Shown here in pieces: positions 36,188-46,115 of a stretch of DNA of 64,000 nt. Origin of the DNA: Minisyncoccota bacterium (GTDB lineage Bacteria; Patescibacteriota; Minisyncoccia; UBA6257; GWB1-50-10); the NCBI GenBank assembly GCA_020059915.1, contig JAGVBB010000003.1:160610-224609 (forward strand). Direction: 5' to 3'. Every line of letters starts with the position of its first letter. Position 1 is the first letter of the stretch. The translations under genes were made by a program, and so were the position numbers. The notes below the pieces were generated by a model. The model saw only the letters and a program-made list of their open reading frames with translations, was not told the DNA's origin and searched no databases.

Positions 36188-36216
36188 TTGACTACAATCA
36201 TTTTTCAGTTTATAAT
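36188..36216 (+). promoter_or_regulatory. Consensus sigma-70 promoter (TTGACT-17-TATAAT) for the small membrane protein operon
   Basis: -35 at 36188-36193 and -10 at 36211-36216, about 40 nt upstream of the ATG at 36255, which has a GGAG SD. Confidence 0.6.
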
Positions 36217-36254
36217 CTGAATAACATTAACAAACTAAATTTACAGGAGAAAAA

Positions 36255-36530
36255 ATGGATTTACCAAAAATCATCGGCATCATTGCCATGTTCCTTGCTT
36301 TAGCAAGTTTCGTTTATGCATTAGTAACTGATCCGTGGGATCCAAACGTAAAAAGAAAACAATTATTAGTTTCCTCTGCACTCATTGCTTTTTTTGGAAC
36401 AATCTTTGGTGTCTGCGTTGGTGTTGATTGCGCTAGTATAGCAGCTGGATTGACGTGTAGCGGAATATTTATTTTACTTGCGTTCATAATATTATTAGTA
36501 CGAAGAAATATAGAACCGATTATATATTAG
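36255..36530 (+). CDS. Hypothetical small membrane protein
   Basis: Three predicted TM segments, SD GGAGA. Confidence 0.4.
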   Translation: MDLPKIIGIIAMFLALASFVYALVTDPWDPNVKRKQLLVSSALIAFFGTIFGVCVGVDCASIAAGLTCSGIFILLAFIILLVRRNIEPIIY

Positions 36531-36545
36531 AAAATAGGAGGTTAT

Positions 36546-36881
36546 ATGCTATTTTTCCCTTTTTGGTGTTACTCGTTGCTTGGCTTATTGGGCATCTTCT
36601 ACGGACTCTATTTAGGAAGCTCTTTCCTAAGAAAGGAGTCCGGAACAAGTTACAGAAGTAAACTTGCAACCGTGATTGTAGTTCTCACTCTCAGTTCTTT
36701 AATTGTTGTACTCTCAGTTGCTGAAAGCATGAGGTATCTTCTATACCTTTCCATCATTACTTGGATAGTAATGATATTTATATGGACAGATAAAAAGATA
36801 AAGGGAATACAGAATTTCATTTCGTTTGTTCTTTTACTGCTTGCATCGGCGTTACTGATTTATATACGATTTCATTCATAA
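36546..36881 (+). CDS. Hypothetical small membrane protein
   Basis: SD AGGAGG before the ATG; multiple TM helices; a terminator hairpin (gaccc-taaat-gggtc plus T-run) follows. Confidence 0.4.
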   Translation: MLFFPFWCYSLLGLLGIFYGLYLGSSFLRKESGTSYRSKLATVIVVLTLSSLIVVLSVAESMRYLLYLSIITWIVMIFIWTDKKIKGIQNFISFVLLLLASALLIYIRFHS

Positions 36882-37013
36882 GACCCTAAATGGGTCTTTT
36901 TATTAAAAATAACAAAAATATACAATGGGGAGATTTTTGAAATTTAATCTCCTCATCGTATATTTCTTATATTATCCTGTTTTTACATATTTTTTATTGA
37001 TATAATTTATAGA

Positions 37014-38288
37014 ATGTTCAAAGGAATACGAAAGTTTGCTAGGTCAGCCGGCCCAGGAATAATTACTGGTGCTGCTGATGATGATCCATCTGGAATCGCA
37101 ACGTACTCACAAACTGGTGCCCAATTCGGATACGGACAATTATGGACCGCACTCTTTACGCTTCCCTTTTTGATTTCTATTCAAGAAGCGTGCGCACGTA
37201 TCGGCGCGGTACAAGGAAAAGGAATTGCCGCAGTAATAAAAGAACATTACAAAAAATGGGTTTTATATACAGTTGTATCCCTTGTTCTTATCGCTAACAC
37301 TATAAACATCGGGGCAAATCTCGGTGCTATGGGAGCAGCAACAAAACTTATTATCCCTATTCCCCTTCCGATACTTTTGCTATTTTTTTCCTTTCTCATT
37401 CTCTTCCTCGAAATTTTTATCTCATACAAATCATACGCAAAAATCTTGAAATGGTTCACCATTACCCTCCTTGCATACCCCATAACCGTCCTCCTTATAC
37501 AAATTCCGTGGAGTAAAGTTTTTTATGCAACATTTGTCCCAAATTTTGAATTGAGTTTTGGGTTTTTATTTATTATCACTGGAGTGGTAGGAACTACTAT
37601 CTCTCCTTACATGTTTTTTTGGCAAGCATCAGAAGAGGTTGAGGAAGAACGCATGAAGCATCTGATAGTGCATGGAAAACCAAAAATAACTCAACGTTTT
37701 TTGAAAGCAATAAAAAAAGACACTGCTATAGGAATGTTTTCATCAAACGTTGCTACATGGTGTATTATCGTTGTCGCGGGAACAGTACTATTTGCAGAAG
37801 GCATTACCGACATAAGAACAGCGGCAGATGCAGCACGAGCATTAGAACCACTTGTACAAACGTTTCCTAATGCCGGTTTCCTCGCAAAACTTATATTTTC
37901 AATTGGAATACTAGGTCTTGGGTTCCTTTCGATCCCCATACTCTCTGCTTCTGCATCATATGCAATATCAGAGGCATTTGGCTGGAAAGAGGGTTTGAAC
38001 CATAAATTTAAGCAAGCACAAGGGTTCTACGGTGTTATTATCGTAGCAACTGTCGTGGGACTCATGATTAATTTCATTGGTATTAATCCCATGAAAGCTC
38101 TTGTGTTTACTGCTGTGTTTAATGGGGTTGCTGCCATCCCTCTCATATTTATCATTGCCCGCACCGCACAGAACAAAAAAATAATGGGCGAATATGCAAG
38201 TGGCATACTTTCAAAAATATTTGTTTGGGTAACATTTATACTTATGGCAACTGCCGCTATTTTGATGTTCTATACACTAGCGAGATAG
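37014..38288 (+). CDS. mntH: NRAMP-family divalent metal cation transporter
   Basis: Nramp signature (GPGIITGAADDDPSGIATYSQTGAQFGY...LWTALFTLPF) and 11-12 TM helices. Confidence 0.8.
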   Translation: MFKGIRKFARSAGPGIITGAADDDPSGIATYSQTGAQFGYGQLWTALFTLPFLISIQEACARIGAVQGKGIAAVIKEHYKKWVLYTVVSLVLIANTINIGANLGAMGAATKLIIPIPLPILLLFFSFLILFLEIFISYKSYAKILKWFTITLLAYPITVLLIQIPWSKVFYATFVPNFELSFGFLFIITGVVGTTISPYMFFWQASEEVEEERMKHLIVHGKPKITQRFLKAIKKDTAIGMFSSNVATWCIIVVAGTVLFAEGITDIRTAADAARALEPLVQTFPNAGFLAKLIFSIGILGLGFLSIPILSASASYAISEAFGWKEGLNHKFKQAQGFYGVIIVATVVGLMINFIGINPMKALVFTAVFNGVAAIPLIFIIARTAQNKKIMGEYASGILSKIFVWVTFILMATAAILMFYTLAR

Positions 38289-38346
38289 GGTTTAGTGTCT
38301 AGGGGTTGGGGTTTAGAAAAATCTCCACATATATGTGGAGATTAAA

Positions 38347-38682
38347 CTAATTCTTTTTATATGCCGTATTCAATATATGTATAACATCAGAAAGATCCCT
38401 ACAATGCAAAATCGCATTAGAAAATGATTTTAAAACAGAATTTTTCATCCCATCTGGAGTTAAATCATCGGTATAAAAATTTAAGAAAACCTCCGCTGTT
38501 TTTGCAACAGAATAAAGATTCTTTTCCTTATACAATTCTGCACCAAAAAAACCTATATTTGATTTCTTAACAACTACACCATCCTGTGCAACACTAATCC
38601 AACATGGTTCATTTGTGTCAGTCCTAAATCTCGCCCAACAGGCTCCGCCCTCAACATCCTTAAACGAAATGATTTTTATCAT
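38347..38682 (-). CDS. Hypothetical protein (in a segment inserted between NRAMP and its displaced 3' end)
   Basis: 111-aa ORF, no family recognised. It lies between the NRAMP stop and an NRAMP 3'-end pseudo-copy. Confidence 0.4.
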   Translation of the reverse strand: MIKIISFKDVEGGACWARFRTDTNEPCWISVAQDGVVVKKSNIGFFGAELYKEKNLYSVAKTAEVFLNFYTDDLTPDGMKNSVLKSFSNAILHCRDLSDVIHILNTAYKKN

Positions 38683-38729
38683 ATTTGTATTCTAGTAGAA
38701 TTCAATAAATTTGAACAAACGTTATTATA

Positions 38730-38773
38730 GTTGCTGCTATTCTAATGCTTTACACGCTTTGTAATGGAGTTTA
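38730..38773 (+). pseudogene. Displaced pseudo-copy of the NRAMP gene 3' end
   Basis: In-frame translation VAAILMLYTLCNGV* against the real C-terminus TAAILMFYTLAR*. About 70% nucleotide identity to 38247-38288. Confidence 0.45.
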
Positions 38774-38800
38774 AAAAGACGAAACTCAACAAAAGTGAAA

Positions 38801-39223
38801 TTAGTCTTTTTTTGTTTTTAAAAAATAGATCAATAAAAATAGAATACTAATTCCTAAGGCCTGCTGGTATGTTCTCGTTGAGTCTGTTTTAATCGAACCT
38901 AAAAAAAGATTTTTTTGCTCTCCCTCTTCTAACTTATCTGCAAGTTCTTTACATTTTTGTGAAATTGGAGAAAAATGTGAAACACACAATTCAAATGAAT
39001 TACCTACGTAATTCATTTGAATATGCAAAACTGGAAAAAATAAACGTAAAACTATTAATAAAGTGCCAAAAACCAAAACTGTTTTTGGCTTTATATTTTT
39101 AAAAAATTCAAGAAGAAATTCCCAACCAATAATAATTTGAAGAACAAAAAGCAAAAATAGGTTCTCTGGTGTGACTTTTTTTCCTCCACTTTTTATTTTT
39201 TCTAATAAATCTATTTTCTTCAT
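38801..39223 (-). CDS. Hypothetical membrane protein
   Basis: The track ORF start at 39265 overlaps tRNA-Val; the internal start MKKIDLL at 39223 avoids the tRNA. Confidence 0.4.
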   Translation of the reverse strand: MKKIDLLEKIKSGGKKVTPENLFLLFVLQIIIGWEFLLEFFKNIKPKTVLVFGTLLIVLRLFFPVLHIQMNYVGNSFELCVSHFSPISQKCKELADKLEEGEQKNLFLGSIKTDSTRTYQQALGISILFLLIYFLKTKKD

Positions 39224-39229
39224 AACTCG

Positions 39230-39303
39230 TGGGCAATACTGGACTCGAACCAGTGACCTTTGCAATGTGAATGCAACGCTCTAACCAACTGAGCTAATTG
39301 CCC
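39230..39303 (-). tRNA. trnV: tRNA-Val (anticodon CAC)
   Basis: Hand-folded. GGGCAAT-TA-GCTCAGTTGGTTAGAGC-G-TTGCA-TTCACAT-TGCAA-AGGTC-ACTGG-TTCGAGT-CCAGT-ATTGCCC-A. Confidence 0.85.
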
Positions 39304-39346
39304 CTAGAACTTGTTTATACTATCATCCAAGCCCATCAAACTCAAA

Positions 39347-39376
39347 CCCCGCCACTCCATGGAGTGGCGGGGTTTT
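39347..39376. terminator. Bidirectional terminator (ccccgccactcc-at-ggagtggcgggg)
   Basis: 12-bp perfect stem followed by TTTT; lies between rplL and tRNA-Val. Confidence 0.6.
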
Positions 39377-39407
39377 CTAATAGCTAAACCCTAATCACTA
39401 GTGACTA

Positions 39408-39767
39408 TTATTTAAGTTCAACTACTGCACCTGCTGCTTCAAGAGTCTTCTTGAGCTCTTCTGCCTCTTCTTTCTTCATCCCCTTCTTCACCTCCTTTGG
39501 AGCTCCTTCAACCAAATCCTTTGCCTCTTTAAGACCAAGTCCAGTTGCCTCTTTGATGATCTTGATAACATTGATCTTCTGTTCGCCACCATTTGAGAGA
39601 ACAACATCCCACGATGTCTTCTCTTCTACTGCTGCCACTGCAGGTCCTGCTACTGCCATCGCTGCTGCTGAAACACCAAACTTCTCTTCGAGTGCTTTTA
39701 CTAATTCTGAAAGCTCAAGCACTGTAAGCTTTTCAACCTCTTCAATAATTTTGTTAAATTTTTCCAT
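39408..39767 (-). CDS. rplL: 50S ribosomal protein L7/L12
   Basis: L7/L12 N-terminal dimerisation region, Ala-rich hinge and C-terminal domain ([10 protein letters not shown]). Confidence 0.9.
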   Translation of the reverse strand: MEKFNKIIEEVEKLTVLELSELVKALEEKFGVSAAAMAVAGPAVAAVEEKTSWDVVLSNGGEQKINVIKIIKEATGLGLKEAKDLVEGAPKEVKKGMKKEEAEELKKTLEAAGAVVELK

Positions 39768-39780
39768 ATTATTATTTAAT

Positions 39781-40269
39781 TTACGACTTTTTTGCTTTTT
39801 CTTGTAAAACTACCATAAATGAACGAATTGGGGTTCCCAACATATATACCAACTGACCCAACAACACTTCTCTTCCAGGAAGTTGTCCAATTGCCTTCGT
39901 ATCGTTTGCACTAATAAAGCTTTTTTCAAGAACATTAAAACCACCCAATATTTTGAGTTTGTTTTGAACTTTTGAAAATTTATATACAACACCGGCAGTT
40001 TCCACCATATCTTTTGGAGAAAAAACTACGCCGGCTTGCCCCGCAAAGTTAGATGGAGTAAACTCCATTCCCTCTTTCTCAAAGACATATTTTAACAAAC
40101 GTTTCTTGAACACGGACATTGTTCCACCCAAATCAAACACATTCTTTCGAAGTGTATTCATTTCATTTGCAGAAAGACCGGTAAAATCAGTAATAACTAC
40201 TGACTGAGCATTTTTTAATGTCACCGCCCCTTCTTCAATTTGTGTTAATTTTTGTTTCTTTGTTTTCAT
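39781..40269 (-). CDS. rplJ: 50S ribosomal protein L10
   Basis: L10 core ([19 protein letters not shown]); start taken at MKTKKQ (ATG 40269). Confidence 0.8.
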   Translation of the reverse strand: MKTKKQKLTQIEEGAVTLKNAQSVVITDFTGLSANEMNTLRKNVFDLGGTMSVFKKRLLKYVFEKEGMEFTPSNFAGQAGVVFSPKDMVETAGVVYKFSKVQNKLKILGGFNVLEKSFISANDTKAIGQLPGREVLLGQLVYMLGTPIRSFMVVLQEKAKKS

Positions 40270-40323
40270 GTTTTTTTGTTTGAGCGAAGCGAAATGACAA
40301 AATAACACCCCGTGAGATAACTA

Positions 40324-40572
40324 CTACCCATCATTTTTTATTCGTTGTTTTATATATCGTTTACCCCACGCAGACTTCAGATAAAGTTCACGAGCATGAA
40401 TATCCTTACTATTTCTACTTGCTTCATAATAAACAAGTTCTAATGGTAAACGATTTTTTGTACTTTGAACTCTACCACTACAATGTTCATCAAAACGCTT
40501 CTTAAGATCACTAGTCTTACCTACATAAAAATTCTGATCTTTTGCGCTTCTAAGAACATACACATAGTACAT
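40324..40572 (-). CDS. Stand-alone GIY-YIG nuclease domain protein (82 aa)
   Basis: YYVYVLRS...NFYVGKTSDLKKRFDEH...R...LVYYE GIY-YIG motif set. Confidence 0.7.
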   Translation of the reverse strand: MYYVYVLRSAKDQNFYVGKTSDLKKRFDEHCSGRVQSTKNRLPLELVYYEASRNSKDIHARELYLKSAWGKRYIKQRIKNDG

Positions 40573-40775
40573 ATCTCACGGGGTTAATTTTATCGTACTT
40601 CGTACTCAAAATTAAAAAACGGCTACGACCTTTATGCCGTAGACGTATACTCACACATGAGTATTGGTCTTTTCCTCGGTAGGACTTATGATGTATCTCT
40701 CAGTTTTGTCTTGAGATACTCAACCTACGGTCTACGGATATATGTACATATTACCCAATTTCCCCAAAAAGTCAA

Positions 40776-41879
40776 TTATAGTTCCCCTTCTAATTTCTCG
40801 AGTAATTCTTGCGCTTTTTTAGAAAGATGTTTCGGTGTTTTGAAAGTAATAGTTACAAAACAATCACCCCGTGATGCACCAAAAACACCTGGACGTGGCA
40901 TCCCCCTTCCTGTGACACGAAGTGGGGTTTTTATGTTAAATCCTTCTGGAACTTGTATAGAATATAAAGACCCATCGATATCTTTCATTGAGATATTTTT
41001 ACCTAAAAGGATGTCAGTGATGGGAACTTCTTTTGTGGTATATAAATCAGTTTTTACTCGCTCAAAATCTTTATGTGGTTTTATACGAATAACAATATAT
41101 AGATCACCACTGGGAGACCCAGTCTCACCGGCACCACCCTGTCCAGCGTATTTCATAATCTGACCATCTTCAATTCCTCTTGGAATATCAATAACAACCT
41201 CCTTCTTTCCAACAGTTCTTCCCATCCCATTACATTCTTTACAAGATTCATTGGGAATTTCACCATTTCCCTTACACGATGAGCAGACACGAACTGATGC
41301 AATAGTTCCTAATATGGTTCTTTTTTCTTCTCGTACTTGCCCCTTACCATGACAGACATGACATTGTTTTGTTCCTTTTTTTGCATGATACCCCTTTCCT
41401 GAACACACGGAACATGTTGAATGGGTCTCAAAGTGAATCTTCTTTTTAATTCCAGAAAATGATTCTTCTAATGTTATCGTTTCTGTAAATTCCATATCAG
41501 ATCCGCGTGAACGAGTTTTTGTGTGGCGACTCCCACCAAAAGGGTTTCCCCCAAACATCGCCTCAAAAATATCACCCATATCACCAGCATCAAAATTCAC
41601 ATTAAATCCACCATTTTGAAATCCACCCCATCCAGCAAATGGATTTTCACCTCCTGGCATTCCAGCTCCATCAAATGTCTGCCCAAACTGGTCATACTGT
41701 GATCGCTTTTCTTTACTAGAAAGAACCTGGTATGCCTCATTTATTTCTTTAAATTTTTGTTCATCACCACCCGATTTATCTGGGTGGTGTTGGTGGGCAA
41801 GTTTTCTGAATGCTTTTTTAATTTCTTCTTCGCTGGCGTTTTTTGAAACACCAAGTATTTTATAATAATCCTTTGACAT
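40776..41879 (-). CDS. dnaJ: Molecular chaperone DnaJ
   Basis: J domain (DYYKILGVSKNASEEEIKKAFRKLAHQHHPDK), G/F region, four CxxCxGxG zinc-finger repeats. Confidence 0.9.
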   Translation of the reverse strand: MSKDYYKILGVSKNASEEEIKKAFRKLAHQHHPDKSGGDEQKFKEINEAYQVLSSKEKRSQYDQFGQTFDGAGMPGGENPFAGWGGFQNGGFNVNFDAGDMGDIFEAMFGGNPFGGSRHTKTRSRGSDMEFTETITLEESFSGIKKKIHFETHSTCSVCSGKGYHAKKGTKQCHVCHGKGQVREEKRTILGTIASVRVCSSCKGNGEIPNESCKECNGMGRTVGKKEVVIDIPRGIEDGQIMKYAGQGGAGETGSPSGDLYIVIRIKPHKDFERVKTDLYTTKEVPITDILLGKNISMKDIDGSLYSIQVPEGFNIKTPLRVTGRGMPRPGVFGASRGDCFVTITFKTPKHLSKKAQELLEKLEGEL

Positions 41880-41885
41880 ATCGTA

Positions 41886-42935
41886 TTACGGTAAAATTAC
41901 AAACTCTCTTGTTCTTGTTTCATATCCGGGAACAGCAAAATTCGCGACAACAAGAAGTTTAAATATAAGAAACGCAAGAAGGTTGATAATCCAATATACA
42001 AGAAACGCAAATCCCTTAACCACCAAAAAGAGTAGAACGGTTGCCATAATTCCTAAAATGGTTCTCATATTTGGCGTGAGTGTATCCAACCACTCATTCA
42101 AAAATCTATATAATTCATCACTTACTGTTGCATTTTGATTGAGCGGACCAACTTTTTCTTCAACTTTTTTTTGTAATTCTGAAGATAATGTTCCCATAAT
42201 CTTCACCTGCATTTCCAATGGAAGTTCCTTTAATCCATCACGAATGTTTACCGGCACCCCATTTATAGTAACCTCCGGATTCTTTTTAATTTGTGATGTG
42301 GTAAGCGCAGAAAAGAATTCTCCAACCGTTTGGTCGGTCGAAATATCAGAATACCAAAGATGAACAATAGGTTCAGACGAACGTAAACTTTCATCAAATA
42401 TTCCCCGCGCCATTGTCTCATTGATAGACCCCCAAAGAAAATATTGGGCATAAAATAACACGCTTGCGAGAATAAGAAATCCAGTCACTAGTTTTGGCGT
42501 AACAACTTTTGTTATCTCAAAAAACCTCATCTTTATACTATTGCGAAACCGAGATACTCCCCTCCCAATACCCAACAAAAGAAAAATAAAAAATAAGAAA
42601 AATCCTCCAAGCAAAACTTCAATATGGGGTCCCTTGAAGTAAGAGAAAAAGAATATCAAGGGAAAAAATGCTTCTGCAAAAACCACCCCAAACGTAATCG
42701 CAAAATGCTTTACAAAAAATACTAAAAATATATTAAGTATCAACAATGCAAGCATTCCAAACAACGAGAACCAAAGAAATGCATATTGGAATGTTAAAAG
42801 AAACTGATTAAACTCATATACAGTAAATATACTTACCGCAACTGCAATAACACCTAATAATGTTATTTTAAGAGTATTATAGTCAGTCTCCTCTATTTTT
42901 GATTGGCTAACTATTTCCGGTGCTTGGTTGATCAT
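41886..42935 (-). CDS. Hypothetical polytopic membrane protein inserted between dnaK and dnaJ
   Basis: Long hydrophobic ORF. The track start at 43067 overlaps dnaK by 161 nt; the start is taken at the internal Met at 42935 (still overlapping the dnaK stop by 29 nt) and is uncertain. Confidence 0.4.
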   Translation of the reverse strand: MINQAPEIVSQSKIEETDYNTLKITLLGVIAVAVSIFTVYEFNQFLLTFQYAFLWFSLFGMLALLILNIFLVFFVKHFAITFGVVFAEAFFPLIFFFSYFKGPHIEVLLGGFFLFFIFLLLGIGRGVSRFRNSIKMRFFEITKVVTPKLVTGFLILASVLFYAQYFLWGSINETMARGIFDESLRSSEPIVHLWYSDISTDQTVGEFFSALTTSQIKKNPEVTINGVPVNIRDGLKELPLEMQVKIMGTLSSELQKKVEEKVGPLNQNATVSDELYRFLNEWLDTLTPNMRTILGIMATVLLFLVVKGFAFLVYWIINLLAFLIFKLLVVANFAVPGYETRTREFVILP

Positions 42936-44823
42936 TGTCGGTTTTTTCAGTTGGTTTCTCTTCCTCCTTATTATCTTTATACAAGATTTCACCGATCTTT
43001 TGTAGTTCTGTGGAAAGCTCCTGGGTTGCTGATTCAATTGGTTCTTTTTCTGAACCATCTTTAGCACTCTTGAGATTTGCTATTTTTGCTTCTATCAAGT
43101 TCTTCAATTCTGCGGGAACTTTTTCTCCAGCGTCTTTTAATGATTTTTCTGCAGTGTAAATTAATGTTTCTGCATGATTTTTTGCCTCAATAACTCCTCG
43201 CTTCTTTTCGTCCTCTGCTGCATGTGCAACTGCCTCTTGTTTTAGTCGCTCAATTTCCTCCTTTGAAAGCGCTGTTGATGCCTCTATCTTTACTGACTGC
43301 GTTTTTCCACTTGCCTTATCTTTTGCTGAAACATTTAAAATGCCATTTGCATCAATATCAAACGTCACCTCAATTTGTGGAACTCCCCTTGGTGATGGTG
43401 GAATTCCATCAAGAATAAATCTTGCAAGTGTCTTGTTGTCTGCCATCATCGGACGTTCTCCCTGACCAATATGTATTTCCACTGATGTTTGATTGTCTCC
43501 AGCTGTTGAAAACACCTGTGATTTTGTTGTTGGGATTGTGGTGTTTTTTGGAATCATTGGGGTTGCCACACTTCCCAATGTCTCAATCGAGAGGGTAAGT
43601 GGAGTAACATCAAGAAGGAGAATATCTTTTACATCTCCTTGAAGTATTCCTGCCTGAACAGCTGCACCAATAGACACAACCTCGTCTGGATTAATTCCTT
43701 TATGTGGTTCCTTTTCGAATAAATTTTTAACCGCTTCTTGAATGGCTGGCATACGCGTCTGTCCGCCAACAAGGACCACCTCATTAATATCAGACAACTT
43801 TAGTCCTGCTCCTTTTGGTGCTGGTGCGGTAACTGCCTCTTTTACCAAAGAGATCGAACGATCAATATATTCACGCACTAAATCTTCTAGCTTTGCGCGA
43901 GTGAGCTTTAAAAGAAAATGTTTCGGACCAGAAGCATCAGAAGTGATGTAAGGAAGATTTATTTCTGTCTCCATAGCGGTTGAAAGCTCATGTTTTGCAC
44001 GTTCTGCAGATTCCTTCAAACGTTGTAGCGCTAATGGATCATTTGAAATATCAACTCCTTCTGTTTTTTTATATTCCTGCACAAGATATTCAATAATTTT
44101 CTTATCAAAATCATCTCCACCAAGATGTGTGTCTCCCCCCGTTGATTTAACCTCAACTGTCTGTTCTTTTGATTCCGCATCATATCCAATTTCAAGAATG
44201 GAAATATCAAATGTTCCACCACCAAAATCATATACTGCAATTTTTTCATTCTTCATTTTATTCGCACCATATGCGAACGCTGCAGCTGTTGGCTCATTAA
44301 TAATTCTACGCACAGTAAATCCGGCAATCTCTCCAGCATTTTTTGTTGCCTGACGCTGTGAATCATCAAAATACGCAGGAACAGTAATAATTGCTTCAGT
44401 AATTGGCTCGCCAACTTTTGCCTCTGCATCTGCTTTTAGTTTTTGTAATACCATAGCAGAAATTTCTTCTGGAGTGTGCCAGCGATCTCCCATTTTTACC
44501 TCAACTCCACCCTGTCCTGATTGACGAATTTCATATGGAAGCCATTGATTGTCACGCTGCACTTCTTCGTCTGTCCACTTCCTTCCAATCAATCGCTTCA
44601 CTGAGGATATAGTATTTTTTGGATTTACTACCCCCTGTCTTTTTGCTAATAATCCGACCAAGCGCTCATTCGCCTTTGAAAGAGCAACTATGGATGGCGT
44701 GGTGCGATTTCCTTCTTGATTTTCAAGAACCTTGGGCTCTCCACCCTCCATAACCGCCATTGCTGAATTTGTTGTACCGAGATCTATTCCTAAAATTTTT
44801 GACATATACTTTGTAACCGACAA
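42907..44823 (-). CDS. dnaK: Molecular chaperone DnaK (Hsp70)
   Basis: Hsp70 signatures ([26 protein letters not shown]). Confidence 0.95.
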   Translation of the reverse strand: MSVTKYMSKILGIDLGTTNSAMAVMEGGEPKVLENQEGNRTTPSIVALSKANERLVGLLAKRQGVVNPKNTISSVKRLIGRKWTDEEVQRDNQWLPYEIRQSGQGGVEVKMGDRWHTPEEISAMVLQKLKADAEAKVGEPITEAIITVPAYFDDSQRQATKNAGEIAGFTVRRIINEPTAAAFAYGANKMKNEKIAVYDFGGGTFDISILEIGYDAESKEQTVEVKSTGGDTHLGGDDFDKKIIEYLVQEYKKTEGVDISNDPLALQRLKESAERAKHELSTAMETEINLPYITSDASGPKHFLLKLTRAKLEDLVREYIDRSISLVKEAVTAPAPKGAGLKLSDINEVVLVGGQTRMPAIQEAVKNLFEKEPHKGINPDEVVSIGAAVQAGILQGDVKDILLLDVTPLTLSIETLGSVATPMIPKNTTIPTTKSQVFSTAGDNQTSVEIHIGQGERPMMADNKTLARFILDGIPPSPRGVPQIEVTFDIDANGILNVSAKDKASGKTQSVKIEASTALSKEEIERLKQEAVAHAAEDEKKRGVIEAKNHAETLIYTAEKSLKDAGEKVPAELKNLIEAKIANLKSAKDGSEKEPIESATQELSTELQKIGEILYKDNKEEEKPTEKTDNDQPSTGNS

Positions 44824-44891
44824 CGTGAGACATACAACTTACAACAAATTTGTTTTGGTTGTATGAATGTAGTTGTGATTGAATTAATTGT

Positions 44892-45389
44892 TTATTGTTT
44901 ATTGTTTATTTCCTTCGAACCTTTTGAAATTTTTACTTTTGTGGGACGTAATACCTTCCCATCAAGCATATACCCGATATTCACCTCCTCTATAATCACC
45001 CCTTCTGGATATTCTGATTTCTCTTCTCCAATTGCTTCATGAAGCGACGGATTAAATATATCTCCCACGCACACTGATATCCTTTCTAGCCCATATCTTT
45101 TTATAACATCCTCAAGTTGCATCTTGATAAGCTCCATACCCTTTTTAGATTGTTCATCACTTACTGAGCTTATTCCTAATTCAAAACTATCAAGCACAGG
45201 AAGAACATCTAATATCAACATCTCCTTTACCACACCGCCCAACTTTCTTATTCGTTCTGTTTCCTCCTGTTTGTAATTGATGAAATCCGCTTTTGCTCTT
45301 TTCCAACCATCTAAATATTCATCCCGTTCCTTCTTCACAACATCAAGATCATCTTGAATATTATTTATTTCTTTTTCTTCTTTATTCAT
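44892..45389 (-). CDS. grpE: Nucleotide exchange factor GrpE
   Basis: GrpE coiled-coil plus beta-domain pattern; hrcA-grpE-dnaK-dnaJ synteny. Confidence 0.85.
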   Translation of the reverse strand: MNKEEKEINNIQDDLDVVKKERDEYLDGWKRAKADFINYKQEETERIRKLGGVVKEMLILDVLPVLDSFELGISSVSDEQSKKGMELIKMQLEDVIKRYGLERISVCVGDIFNPSLHEAIGEEKSEYPEGVIIEEVNIGYMLDGKVLRPTKVKISKGSKEINNKQ

Positions 45390-45395
45390 AGTATG

Positions 45396-46082
45396 TTATT
45401 CGTTTGATAATAATTTCATAATTCCAATTGCTTCTTCATAATCCATTCGTTTTGGTCCGATCGAAAAGATAACGATATTACCATCTTCATTCGAAATTTT
45501 TCCTGCCACAACAGAAAGATCTTTGCTTTTAGTAATAGGGCTTTCACCAATAAAAACCCGAGGCCAAAAAGATTCACTTTGTATCCATTCCCTATGTTTT
45601 TGTATCCTCTCTCCAATCGCTTCGAAATCATTCAATACAGAAAGTATTTCTTCTTTTGCGGATGATGGCATTCGTTCAATTAACTCACACAATCCAGATT
45701 CTATGATCGTGTTTTCATACGTATTAAATCCAACGGAAAGCACTCCTAAATGACGCGATATATCATCAATAAATCCTTTAAAATCATCTTCAATTTTTTC
45801 CTCATCAATCCATCTATGTTCTTTTTTTGATTTTTTCTCAATAACACTGTCAACAAAATATTTATATGCTTTGTCAGTTGGATATCTTCCTCCTGAAGGG
45901 TGTGTCTGATAGAAAAAACCATCATTCGAGAGATCTCCAAGTTCAAGACGTATCATTGCCGGCTTGATACCAAAATCATATACGTCATACAAAACCTCCG
46001 AGGTTATTGGTTTCCCCGTTTTTATAAATTCCCTAACAGATGCTTCCAATATTGATTGAGTTCTGTCCCTCATCTCAACCAT
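45396..46082 (-). CDS. hrcA: Heat-inducible transcription repressor HrcA (short form)
   Basis: N-terminal wHTH resembling HrcA (IKTGKPITSEVL...IRLELGDLSNDGFFYQTHPSGGRYPTDKAYKYFVD), operon position, and a CIRCE element upstream. Confidence 0.65.
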   Translation of the reverse strand: MVEMRDRTQSILEASVREFIKTGKPITSEVLYDVYDFGIKPAMIRLELGDLSNDGFFYQTHPSGGRYPTDKAYKYFVDSVIEKKSKKEHRWIDEEKIEDDFKGFIDDISRHLGVLSVGFNTYENTIIESGLCELIERMPSSAKEEILSVLNDFEAIGERIQKHREWIQSESFWPRVFIGESPITKSKDLSVVAGKISNEDGNIVIFSIGPKRMDYEEAIGIMKLLSNE

Positions 46083-46088
46083 TATAAA

Positions 46089-46115
46089 TTAGCACTCAAT
46101 GATGTCAAGTGCCAA
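46089..46115. promoter_or_regulatory. CIRCE operator (TTAGCACTC-N9-AAGTGCCAA) upstream of hrcA
   Basis: The left half-site is a perfect match to the CIRCE consensus TTAGCACTC-N9-GAGTGCTAA; the right half-site has 2 mismatches. It lies 7 nt upstream of the hrcA start codon. Confidence 0.6.

Noticed and set aside
40657-41163. Plus-strand ORF 40657-41163
   Set aside because: Antisense overlap with the well-supported dnaJ gene.
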